Of a stretch of 53,263 nt of DNA, positions 7,925 to 16,007 are shown in pieces; positions within the stretch are counted from its first letter, which is position 1; the number at the start of each line of letters is the position of its first letter. Origin of the DNA: Chloroflexota bacterium. Its GTDB lineage: Bacteria > Chloroflexota > Limnocylindria > Limnocylindrales > CSP1-4. Where the stretch lies: assembly GCA_040882425.1 (NCBI GenBank), contig JBBEBJ010000197.1:6632-59894 (forward strand). The letters run 5' to 3'. Both the position numbers and the translations under genes were made by a program. The notes beneath the pieces are model-generated. The model searched no databases and was not told the DNA's origin. It was given only the letters and a program-made list of their open reading frames with translations.

Positions 7925-10387
7925 ATGCTCGGAGGCGAGCCTCATGCCGGCCGCGGGCTCCGCCTCGTCGACGTGGCCGTTGACGCCGCCGGCGGCCGAT
8001 CCGGGACGTATACGTACGCCGTGCCGGCCGTGCTCGACGACCTCGTCCCGGGCGAGGCGGTGCTGGTGGAGTTCGGGCGCCGGCAGGCGCTCGGGATCAT
8101 CGTGGCCGAGACCGATCGTCCGCCGGCCGGAGACCTGCGCCCGATCGTCGACCGCGTCCGAGCCGACGGGCCGCTGCTGCCGGGCCTCGGCCTGACGCTG
8201 GCTCGATGGATCTCCGAGCATTACCTGGCGCCACCCGCGCTCGCGCTGCGGGCGATGCTCCCGCCCGGCCTGCTCGAGCGGCTGGAGCTCGTTGCGGAGC
8301 TCGCCCCGGGCCCGTCGACGGCCACCCCGACCGATGCGGCAACATCCGATCTGCTCGAGCAGCTCGCGGGCGGGCCCCGGGCCGTTCGTGAGCTCGCGGG
8401 TCCCGATGGCCGGGCCGGTCTGCTTCGTCGGCTGCGCGGTCTCGCGGGGGACGGGACGATATCGCTCGAATGGGTGCTGGCCGGAGCCGGTGCCGGGCCG
8501 CGGTACGAGCGATGGATCCGTCTGCTCCCGCCGGGGCGGACGATCGCCGAAGCACTCGCGAGAGGGGAGAAACCCTCCGGGCGCGCCCTCGGTCCCCGGC
8601 AGGCGGCCGTGCTCGCCGAGCTGGCCGCGAGCCCGTCCGGCGAGGCACCGGGGGCCGAGATGGGCAATCGCCACGGGACCGCCGCGCTGGCCGGGCTCGT
8701 CCGTCGCGGGCTCGTCGCGGCGGAAGTCCGCGAGCGACCACGCCGGCCGCTGGCGGCTCGACCGGCAGGCCGTCGGGGTGGTCGCCCACGATCGAGCGAG
8801 CTCCTGCCCGCGCAGGCCGACGCGGTCGAACGCATTCGGACGGCGATCCAGGCCCGCAACCCCCGGCCGCTACTGCTGGACGGAGTCACGGGCGCCGGCA
8901 AGACCGCGATCTACGTCGAGGCGATCGGGGCAACGCTGGATGCCGGCCGCCCGGCGCTGTTGCTGGTCCCCGAGATCGCCCTCGCGCTGCCACTCGTCGA
9001 TCGCCTGCGTCGCGACCTGGACGTCCGGATCGCGCTCCTGCATTCGGGGCTTGGCGCCGGGGAGCGAGCGGATGAGTGGCGGCGGATCCGGGCCGGCGAT
9101 GTCGACATCGTGGTCGGGACGCGTCTCGCCGTGCTGGCGCCACTGGGGGACGTCGGTCTCGTCATCGTGGACGAGGAGCACGATCCAGCCTACAAGAGCG
9201 ACCGGACGCCCAGGCTCCAGGCGCGCGACTGTGCCATGCGGCTGGCCGAACTCGCCGGCGCGGCGCTCGTCCTGGGTTCGGCGACCCCGGCCGTCGACAG
9301 CATCGGCCACGCCCGAATGGGCGAGTTCGACCGCGTCGTCCTCCCCGTGCGACCGGTCGGGACGCCGCCCAGGGTCGAGGTGGTCGACCTGCGCGAGGAG
9401 CTCGCGGCCGGGCAGCGAGGGCTGTTGTCGCGCTCGCTCGTCACGGCGATCGGCGGGCTTGACACGGCGGGCGGCGACCAGGCCATCCTCGTCCTCAACC
9501 GACGCGGCACCGCATCGGTCGTCCTGTGTCGCGACTGCGGGCACGTTCAGGCCTGTCCGGATTGCGAGCGGCCGCTCGTCTACCACCAGGCCGGGACCAC
9601 GCTGCGCTGCCACCACTGCGGGCGGGCCACGCCGGTCGCGTCCCGCTGTCCGGCCTGCGGTTCGCCCCGGATCCGCTACCTGGGCGGCGGCACCGAACGT
9701 CTCGAGCGCGAGGTCCGCGAGACCTTTCCCGGGCTCCGCGTCGGGCGGCTGGATCGCGACGTGGTCGAGCACCGCGGCGCCGCGGAGCGGATCGTGGACG
9801 CGTTCTCGAGCGGGCAGGTCGACGTGCTGGTTGGGACGAGCCTCGTGACCAAGGGCCTGGACGTCCCCACGGTGACGCTGGTGGGTGTCGTCTCGTCCGA
9901 CGTCGCACTCAACCTGCCCGATGAGCGCGCCGCCGAGCGGACCTACCAGCTCCTGGTCCAGGCGATCGGGCGAGCGGGCCGTGGGGAGCGCCCCGGTCGG
10001 GCGATCGTCCAGACCTACCAGCCGGACCATCCGGCGATCGTGGCCGCCGCGTCGGGCGAGCGGGCCGCGTTCTATGATGCGGAGCTGGCGCTTCGGCAGC
10101 GGTTCGGGTCGCCGCCGTACGGCCGGCTGGTCAAGCTGACCGTGGGGCTTGCCGATCCGGCCGCCGCCGAGCGGGAGGCGGCCAGCCAGGCGACGCGGTT
10201 GCGCCAGCTGGCCACCGAGCGGGGCGGCCGCGTGACCGTCGTCGGACCGGCCCCGGCGTATATCGCGCGCCGGGCGGATCGGTGGCGCTGGAACGTCGTC
10301 CTGCGCGGCGACGACCCCGTCGCGCTGCTCGATGGCGGGCTCGATGCGCCGTGGTCGGTCGATGTCGACCCCGAGTCACTGCTCTGA
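7925..10387 (+). CDS. priA: primosomal replication-restart helicase PriA
   Basis: GVTGAGKT and DEEHD motifs, four CxxC pairs (CRDCG, CPDCE, CHHCG, CPACG) and helicase C-terminal motifs. Start is ATG 7925, or TTG 7892 overlapping the gmk stop (TTGA). The ORF-track start at 7229 overlaps all of gmk and is an artefact. Confidence 0.9.
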   Translation: MLGGEPHAGRGLRLVDVAVDAAGGRSGTYTYAVPAVLDDLVPGEAVLVEFGRRQALGIIVAETDRPPAGDLRPIVDRVRADGPLLPGLGLTLARWISEHYLAPPALALRAMLPPGLLERLELVAELAPGPSTATPTDAATSDLLEQLAGGPRAVRELAGPDGRAGLLRRLRGLAGDGTISLEWVLAGAGAGPRYERWIRLLPPGRTIAEALARGEKPSGRALGPRQAAVLAELAASPSGEAPGAEMGNRHGTAALAGLVRRGLVAAEVRERPRRPLAARPAGRRGGRPRSSELLPAQADAVERIRTAIQARNPRPLLLDGVTGAGKTAIYVEAIGATLDAGRPALLLVPEIALALPLVDRLRRDLDVRIALLHSGLGAGERADEWRRIRAGDVDIVVGTRLAVLAPLGDVGLVIVDEEHDPAYKSDRTPRLQARDCAMRLAELAGAALVLGSATPAVDSIGHARMGEFDRVVLPVRPVGTPPRVEVVDLREELAAGQRGLLSRSLVTAIGGLDTAGGDQAILVLNRRGTASVVLCRDCGHVQACPDCERPLVYHQAGTTLRCHHCGRATPVASRCPACGSPRIRYLGGGTERLEREVRETFPGLRVGRLDRDVVEHRGAAERIVDAFSSGQVDVLVGTSLVTKGLDVPTVTLVGVVSSDVALNLPDERAAERTYQLLVQAIGRAGRGERPGRAIVQTYQPDHPAIVAAASGERAAFYDAELALRQRFGSPPYGRLVKLTVGLADPAAAEREAASQATRLRQLATERGGRVTVVGPAPAYIARRADRWRWNVVLRGDDPVALLDGGLDAPWSVDVDPESLL

Positions 10388-10477
10388 CACGCGGGTGACC
10401 GAAGATCGGGCGGTCCGGCAGGTGACCGCACGCCGGGTTCGTGGGACGATGGGCAGCCAACACACGAGGAGCTGGCC

Positions 10478-10945
10478 ATGACCGAATCGACGAACCCAGA
10501 CCCGGCCGACGAGCCGAAGGCGGACGAGACCTTCACCTGGACGACCGAGCCGCCGCCGGCGCACGACGCCAAGGGCACCGGACCCGCAACCGCGACGAGC
10601 ATCATCGAATCCGTGCGCGACGTCGTTGACGACCTGGCCGAACGAGCCGCGCCGACCGTCCGCGAGCTCTCGGCCCGGGCCGCCGAGCTGACGGCAATCG
10701 CCGCGGACAAGGCAGCGCCGTTTGCCAAGCGAGCGGGCGAGGTCACCGCCGACGCGAGCGGCAAGCTCGCCTCGAAGTCGCGCGAGTGGGCGTCGGAGCT
10801 GCGGGCGTCGGTGGCCACGGCCGAGGCGCCAGAGCCGGGCGCCCCGGAACCGGGCGCCGCGGAGCCTGTCGCGCCTGCGCCAATGCCCGGCGTCGAGCCG
10901 GCGGATGGCGACCGCGACACGACGGAGGAGTCAGGCCAGGCCTGA
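10478..10945 (+). CDS. hypothetical Ala/Glu/Pro-rich protein, no family recognised
   Basis: GAGGAG lies about 7 nt upstream of the ATG. Third positions are GC-rich. The middle looks helical (IIESVRDVVDDLAERAAPTVRELSARAAELTAIAADKAAPFAKRAGE) with proline-rich ends. Confidence 0.6.
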   Translation: MTESTNPDPADEPKADETFTWTTEPPPAHDAKGTGPATATSIIESVRDVVDDLAERAAPTVRELSARAAELTAIAADKAAPFAKRAGEVTADASGKLASKSREWASELRASVATAEAPEPGAPEPGAAEPVAPAPMPGVEPADGDRDTTEESGQA

Positions 10946-10957
10946 GCCGTCCGCCGC

Positions 10958-10963
10958 TATACT
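10958..10963 (+). promoter_or_regulatory. candidate -10 box TATACT placed for a leaderless def transcript
   Basis: gcTATACTccgcgcgacATG has 9 nt between the hexamer and ATG 10973, with no SD. The same TATACTCCGCG string recurs at 37911. Confidence 0.4.
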
Positions 10964-10972
10964 CCGCGCGAC

Positions 10973-11488
10973 ATGAGCGTTCGTCCCATCGTCCTCCTCG
11001 GCGACCCGCGTCTTCGTCTCAAGGGCAAGCCGGTCGACAGCTTTGGCAAGTACCTGCACGGCCTGCTCGACGACCTCGCCCACACGATGCGCGACGCGCC
11101 CGGTGTCGGGCTGGCCGCGCCGCAGCTCGGTGAAGCGATGCAGGCGTGCGTGATCGAGGTCGAGAGCCAGCTGTACGAGCTGGTGAACCCGCGGATCGTC
11201 CGGGCAACGGGCGACGATCGTGACCTCGAGGGTTGCCTCTCGATCCCCGGCTACGTGGCGTACGTGACGCGGCGCGAGCGGGTCTGGGTCGTCGCCCAGG
11301 ATCGCCACGGCAAGCGGATCAAGGTGTCGGGCACGGGGCTCCTCGGTCGGGCGTTGCAGCACGAGCTGGATCACCTCGACGGCAAGCTCTACATCGACTA
11401 TCTCGACTCCATGGACGAGCTGATGGCCGTCGGCCACGGTGACGACGAGACCGAAGGCGCCAAGGAGCGGATCCCGGCGCTCGCGTGA
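10973..11488 (+). CDS. def: peptide deformylase
   Basis: All three motifs are present: GVGLAAPQ, EGCLSIPG, HELDHLDG. Confidence 0.95.
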   Translation: MSVRPIVLLGDPRLRLKGKPVDSFGKYLHGLLDDLAHTMRDAPGVGLAAPQLGEAMQACVIEVESQLYELVNPRIVRATGDDRDLEGCLSIPGYVAYVTRRERVWVVAQDRHGKRIKVSGTGLLGRALQHELDHLDGKLYIDYLDSMDELMAVGHGDDETEGAKERIPALA

Positions 11489-12453
11489 CGGCACGCCTCC
11501 GCACGCCGGCCGGCGCGGTCAGGACGGTCTACTTCGGGTCGGGCGCGTTTGGCATCCCGATCCTCGACGCGCTCGTCACGGCCCCGGGCGTGCGCCTCGT
11601 CGGCGTCGTCACCGCGCCCGACCGACCGGTCGGCCGGCGCGCCGAGCTGACCCCGGTCCCGGTCGCGCGACGCGCCGTCGAGCTCGGCCTGTCGCTCCTC
11701 CAGCCGGCGAAGTTGCGCGCCCCCGAAGCGGTCGCGGCGGTGGCCGCCCTCGAGCCCGACCTTGGCGTCCTGGCCGATTACGGCCAGATCGTTCCCCGGT
11801 CGGTCCTCGACATCCCGCCGCACGGCATGCTCAACGTCCATCCGTCGGCATTGCCGCGGCATCGTGGTGCCACCCCGATCCCGGCCACGATCGCGGCGGG
11901 TGATCCGACGGCCGCCGTGACCCTGATCGCGATGGACGAGGGTCTCGACACCGGTCCGATCGTGGCGCAGGAGACCTGGCCGCTCCACGGCGCCGAGACC
12001 GCGGAGACGCTCGAGGCCGAGGCGGCACGGCGCGGTGCCGACCTCATTCGACTGACCCTCGACGGCTGGGTGGCGGGGACCGTGCCCGCGACACCGCAGT
12101 CCGCGTCGGGGGTGACGCTCACGCGGCCGCTTCGACGGGAGGACGGTCGGCTCGACCCGGCGCGCTCGGCTGTCGAGCTCGAGCGCCAGGTCCGCGCGTA
12201 CGTTCCGTGGCCGGGCAGCTTCCTCGACACGGACGTCGGTCGCGTGATCGTCCATGAGGCCGTCGTCGTCGACGGCGAGCCGGGCGATCTCCCGGGACGC
12301 CTCATTGCCGAAGCGGATGGCCTCGCCCTGACGACGGCCGATGGCCGGCTGCGCCTCCGACGGGTCCAGCTGGCCGGGCGCCGGGTCATGGATGCGGCAT
12401 CGCTCCGGCGGGGTGCGCCGGAGCTCGTCGGCCAGACCGTCGGGCTGCGCTAG
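11485..12453 (+). CDS. fmt: methionyl-tRNA formyltransferase
   Basis: HPSALPRHRGATPI motif. GTG start overlaps the def stop (GTGA). def-fmt pairing is conserved. Confidence 0.93.
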   Translation: MTARLRTPAGAVRTVYFGSGAFGIPILDALVTAPGVRLVGVVTAPDRPVGRRAELTPVPVARRAVELGLSLLQPAKLRAPEAVAAVAALEPDLGVLADYGQIVPRSVLDIPPHGMLNVHPSALPRHRGATPIPATIAAGDPTAAVTLIAMDEGLDTGPIVAQETWPLHGAETAETLEAEAARRGADLIRLTLDGWVAGTVPATPQSASGVTLTRPLRREDGRLDPARSAVELERQVRAYVPWPGSFLDTDVGRVIVHEAVVVDGEPGDLPGRLIAEADGLALTTADGRLRLRRVQLAGRRVMDAASLRRGAPELVGQTVGLR

Positions 12454-12456
12454 CAT
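12451..12456 (+). promoter_or_regulatory. candidate -10 box TAGCAT, 7 nt upstream of the rlmN ATG
   Basis: gcTAGCATcgtcatcATG. The hexamer includes the fmt stop codon. There is no SD before ATG 12464. Confidence 0.3.
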
Positions 12457-12463
12457 CGTCATC

Positions 12464-13660
12464 ATGGATCTCGCGCTCGCACCTCCGGAGATGCAGCGGC
12501 CGGGCATGTCGGGACTGTCGCCAGACACGATGGCCGCGTGGTTGGCTGAACAAGGCGAGCCCGCGTACCGTGCGCGCCAGATCGCCGACGCCGTGTGGGG
12601 CGGGACGATCGCCTCGATCGAGGCTGCGCTTGCGCTGCCCGCAGGCCTGCGGCGCGAACTCGCCGAGTCCTTCCGGTTCGACACGGTGGCTGACACCGAG
12701 GTCCGGGTGACCGACGGCGGGCTGACCGAGAAGGGGTTGCATCGCCTCGCGGACGGGGCGCTGGTCGAATCGGTGCTGATGCACTACCCGGCCCGCGCGG
12801 GCGCCCGCGAGCGGCACACCCTGTGCATCTCCAGCCAGGCCGGCTGCGCCGTGGGCTGCCCATTCTGCGCGACCGGCGAGCTCGGGTTCACCCGCGATCT
12901 CCAGGTGGCCGAGATCGTGGACCAGGTCCGCTGGGCCTCGCGCCGGCTCGCCGCGGACGGCCGTCGCCTGACCAACGTGGTGTTCATGGGGATGGGCGAG
13001 CCGTTGCTCAACCTCGACCGGGTGCTGCCGGCCATCGAGGCGCTCAATGATCGTCGTCGGTTTGGCCTCGGCGCGCGGCACATCACCCTCTCGACCTCCG
13101 GCGTGGTGCCCGGCATCCGTCGGCTTACCGCCCTCGGCCCCCAGTTCACGCTGGCCGTGTCGCTGCACGCGGCTCGCAACCCGCTCCGCGACGTGCTGGT
13201 GCCGCTGAACCGACGTTGGCCGGTCGCCGAGGTCGTGGCCGCGGCGCGCGATCATGCCGCGGCGACGGGGCGACGGATCAGCTACGAGGTGACGATGATC
13301 GGCGGGATCAACGACACCGATGCCGATGCGGATGCGATGGTCGAGCTCCTGCGCGGCGACCACGCCCACGTCAACCTGATCCCGATGAACCCGGTCGCGC
13401 ACACCCCGTGGACGGCAAGCCCGATGCCGGTGATCGAGCGGTTCGCGGCGATGCTCGGGGCCGCCGGCATCCAGACGACAATCCGCGGCAACCGGGGTCA
13501 GGAGGTCGGCGCCGCCTGCGGCCAGCTGGCCGCCGAACGCGCGGGCCAGCCACCGGCTCCGGCGGTCGCCCGGCGACGGGCCCGCCTGGTGGCCCAGAGC
13601 GCGGCCGCGCTCCGCGGTGAGCGCAGCCACGAACCGTCGCCCGTCGGGGCGGGGGAGTAA
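12464..13660 (+). CDS. rlmN: 23S rRNA/tRNA adenine-C2 methyltransferase, radical SAM
   Basis: CxxxCxxC cluster CAVGCPFCATG, GMGEPLLN, and N-terminal YRARQI. I chose ATG 12464. The ORF-track start at 12341 overlaps fmt. Confidence 0.92.
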   Translation: MDLALAPPEMQRPGMSGLSPDTMAAWLAEQGEPAYRARQIADAVWGGTIASIEAALALPAGLRRELAESFRFDTVADTEVRVTDGGLTEKGLHRLADGALVESVLMHYPARAGARERHTLCISSQAGCAVGCPFCATGELGFTRDLQVAEIVDQVRWASRRLAADGRRLTNVVFMGMGEPLLNLDRVLPAIEALNDRRRFGLGARHITLSTSGVVPGIRRLTALGPQFTLAVSLHAARNPLRDVLVPLNRRWPVAEVVAAARDHAAATGRRISYEVTMIGGINDTDADADAMVELLRGDHAHVNLIPMNPVAHTPWTASPMPVIERFAAMLGAAGIQTTIRGNRGQEVGAACGQLAAERAGQPPAPAVARRRARLVAQSAAALRGERSHEPSPVGAGE

Positions 13661-13662
13661 CC

Positions 13663-14658
13663 GTGTCCGGCGGACGGGCCAGGATCGCGGCCAGCATCCT
13701 CGACGCGGACCTGTCCAACCTCGCTTATGCCATCCGCCGGTTGAACGCGGCCGGTGCCGACCGGATCCATCTGGACGTGATGGATGCCCATTTCGTCCCG
13801 AACCTGACCTTCGGGGCGAAGATGATCAAGCACCTCCGCAAGCGGACCGAGCTGCCGCTCGACGCCCACCTGATGATCAACGAGCCGGGCCGTTACCTCG
13901 ACGAATACCTCGACGCCGGCTGCGACTCGATCACCGTCCACGTCGAGATCGAGGAGGAGATCGCCCCGACACTGCAGCGGATCCGGGCGGCGGGACGTGC
14001 GGCCGGGCTTGCCCTCCGACCCGCCACGCCGTTGAGCGCCCTGCGGCCGTACCAGGAGCTCATCGATATCGTCATGGTCATGACCGTCGAACCCGGCTTT
14101 GGCGGGCAGGTGTTCATGCGGGACGTGGCGACCGCGAAGCTGCTGGCAGCTCGTGACCTGCTCAGCCACAAGGCGTACGGCGGCGAGGTGCACGTCGACG
14201 GCGGCGTCAACCGCGAGAGCGCCGAATTCGTCGGCGCGCTGGGGGTCGACATCCTGGTGGTGGGATCGGCGCTCTTCACCAGGGGCCGGGACATGGGCCG
14301 CGAGATCCGCCTGATCAAGGCGCTCGCCGACGAGGGCTACCAGTACGGGTTGAACAACGGGGTGCCACCGATCCCGCGGGATCGGATGGTCACGTTCACC
14401 TCGTTGCCAAAACACATCGCGCTCCGGTTCATGGACGAGATCGAGGCGGGCGGCATTCCCGTGGTCATGCTGCGCGGCGACGGCCAGATCAACCCCGACG
14501 GCGTGCGCGACTACGACCTCCTGGTCCCGGCCACGGTGGAGACACTCGTCGTCGAGCGGCACAGCGACGCCCGGGCGGCCCACCAGCGCGAGGCCGCCGA
14601 CTGGCGCGAGGCGTTCATCCGGGAACGAGGCGTGATCGCACCTCCCAGCCATCCGTGA
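13663..14658 (+). CDS. rpe: ribulose-phosphate 3-epimerase with an unassigned ~107-aa C-terminal extension
   Basis: Rpe core motifs HLDVMDAHFVPNLTFG, MTVEPGFGGQ and HVDGGVN end near residue 222. The ORF continues without a stop to residue 331. Confidence 0.9.
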   Translation: MSGGRARIAASILDADLSNLAYAIRRLNAAGADRIHLDVMDAHFVPNLTFGAKMIKHLRKRTELPLDAHLMINEPGRYLDEYLDAGCDSITVHVEIEEEIAPTLQRIRAAGRAAGLALRPATPLSALRPYQELIDIVMVMTVEPGFGGQVFMRDVATAKLLAARDLLSHKAYGGEVHVDGGVNRESAEFVGALGVDILVVGSALFTRGRDMGREIRLIKALADEGYQYGLNNGVPPIPRDRMVTFTSLPKHIALRFMDEIEAGGIPVVMLRGDGQINPDGVRDYDLLVPATVETLVVERHSDARAAHQREAADWREAFIRERGVIAPPSHP

Positions 14659-15113
14659 GGGCGCTCCTGCAGCGGGCGACCCGCGGCGAGGTCAGGGTCG
14701 GCGGTGCCGTCGTCGGCTCGATCGGGGAGGGACTCGTCATCCTGCTCGGCGTCGGACCTGACGATACCGACGAGACGGCGGTGGACCTCGCCCGGCGGAT
14801 CGCCGAGCTGCGCATCTTCCGCGACGACGACGGGAGAACAAACCGGTCACTCCTGGAAACGGGCGGCTCTGCGCTCGTCGTGTCCCAGTTCACCCTGTAC
14901 GCGGACACGCGGCGCGGCCGCCGCCCGGGGTTCACCGCGGCCGGCCCGCCCGAGCTCGCGGAGCGCCTGTGCCGCCGGTTCGCGGGCGCCCTCGAGACGC
15001 TCGGGGTGACCGTGGCGAGCGGCCGGTTTGGCGCGGTGATGGCGGTGGAAATCGTCAATGACGGGCCGTTTACGATCTGGCTGGACACGGACGGTTCCGA
15101 GCCCGCCTCGTGA
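14655..15113 (+). CDS. dtd: D-aminoacyl-tRNA deacylase
   Basis: SQFTLYADTRRGRRPGF and NDGPFT motifs. GTG start overlaps the rpe stop (GTGA). Confidence 0.93.
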   Translation: MRALLQRATRGEVRVGGAVVGSIGEGLVILLGVGPDDTDETAVDLARRIAELRIFRDDDGRTNRSLLETGGSALVVSQFTLYADTRRGRRPGFTAAGPPELAERLCRRFAGALETLGVTVASGRFGAVMAVEIVNDGPFTIWLDTDGSEPAS

Positions 15114-15255
15114 CGACGCCGGCGCTTCGGTTCGGGCTGTTTCTCAGCCAGGCGAGCAAGACCTGGGCGCAGGCCGGACATGAAGCGACCGGTCATCACG
15201 AGGATGTCCGGTCGGGAGCGGCGGACGTCTGGGAGGCGGTCCCTGACGAGCGGTC

Positions 15256-15453
15256 TTACTTGGCGGCCTTCAGCTGGGTGCGCCGGCAACGCGTGCACAC
15301 CAGGGCGCGGACCGGGTTGCCCTTCTCGAACAGGACGAGCGGCTGGAGGTTCGGTTGCATCCGGCGGTGGGCACGGACGCGGTTCATCCCCGACGACTGC
15401 GGGTTGAATCCGCCCATCGATGCCTTGCCGCAGATGGCGCAGGAGCGGGCCAT
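15256..15453 (-). CDS. rpmB: 50S ribosomal protein L28 (Cys-containing, zinc-ribbon type)
   Basis: MARSCAICGK...RRMQPNLQ...CTRCRRT is L28-like in length and motif. GAGGA SD lies upstream on the - strand. Confidence 0.9.
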   Translation of the reverse strand: MARSCAICGKASMGGFNPQSSGMNRVRAHRRMQPNLQPLVLFEKGNPVRALVCTRCRRTQLKAAK

Positions 15454-15523
15454 GCGTGGTCCTCAGAGGGGGTTTCGATTGGGAGCTCGTGCCGGGACAG
15501 GCTCGAACGGAGCGGTAGAATAC

Positions 15524-15534
15524 CACACGGCCTC
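15524..15534. promoter_or_regulatory. candidate back-to-back -10 elements in the rpmB/asp23 divergent gap (GGTAGAATACC)
   Basis: The + strand has TAGAAT at 15526-15531, about 57 nt upstream of GTG 15588. The - strand reads TGgTATTCT (extended -10), about 70 nt upstream of rpmB. The core matches the one at 2296-2305. Confidence 0.4.
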
Positions 15535-15587
15535 GACGGCCCCGCTCGATCGTCGACCGATCCGCCACCGCGGGAGGACTGCACCGC

Positions 15588-16007
15588 GTGCCACCGATCC
15601 CGACACACGGGCGCTCCCTGGTCACCCGCCAGGCCGTGCTGGACCTGATCCGGACCGCGACGCTGAGCTCGTACGGCGTCACGGGTTTTGCTGCGGGTCC
15701 GTTCAGGCGACTCCTTGGCCGCGTCGGGTTCGGCCAGCCGGGGATCGGGCTTCGCCTTGACGCGGGGCTCGAGGTCGAGCTGGACCTGACCGTGGCGTAC
15801 GGCGTGCCCGTCGCCGAGGTCGCCCGGCAGGTCGATTCCGCGGTGCGCTACGCCATCCGTCGGGGGCTTGGCCGCGAGGTCGCGCGCCTGACCATCCATG
15901 TCGACGGCCTCCGGGTCGCGCCCGGTGCTCCCCCGACCGTCGTCCCGGCCGACCCTAGCGCGATTCGCCCGCGCGACCTCGCGGACAGCGGCACGGACGT
16001 CGCCTGA
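15588..16007 (+). CDS. Asp23/Gls24 family (DUF322) protein, YloU-like
   Basis: Asp23-like core (SYGVTGF ... VELDLTVAYGVPVAEVARQVDSAVRYAI). It is followed by a DAK2 protein, as in the yloU-yloV pair. Confidence 0.85.
   Translation: MPPIPTHGRSLVTRQAVLDLIRTATLSSYGVTGFAAGPFRRLLGRVGFGQPGIGLRLDAGLEVELDLTVAYGVPVAEVARQVDSAVRYAIRRGLGREVARLTIHVDGLRVAPGAPPTVVPADPSAIRPRDLADSGTDVA

Noticed and set aside
15174-15211. An 8-bp inverted repeat (CCGGACAT at 15174-81, ATGTCCGG at 15204-11) in the dtd/rpmB convergent gap, as a possible bidirectional terminator.
   Set aside because: The loop is 22 nt and there is no U-tract on either side. The evidence is too weak to call.
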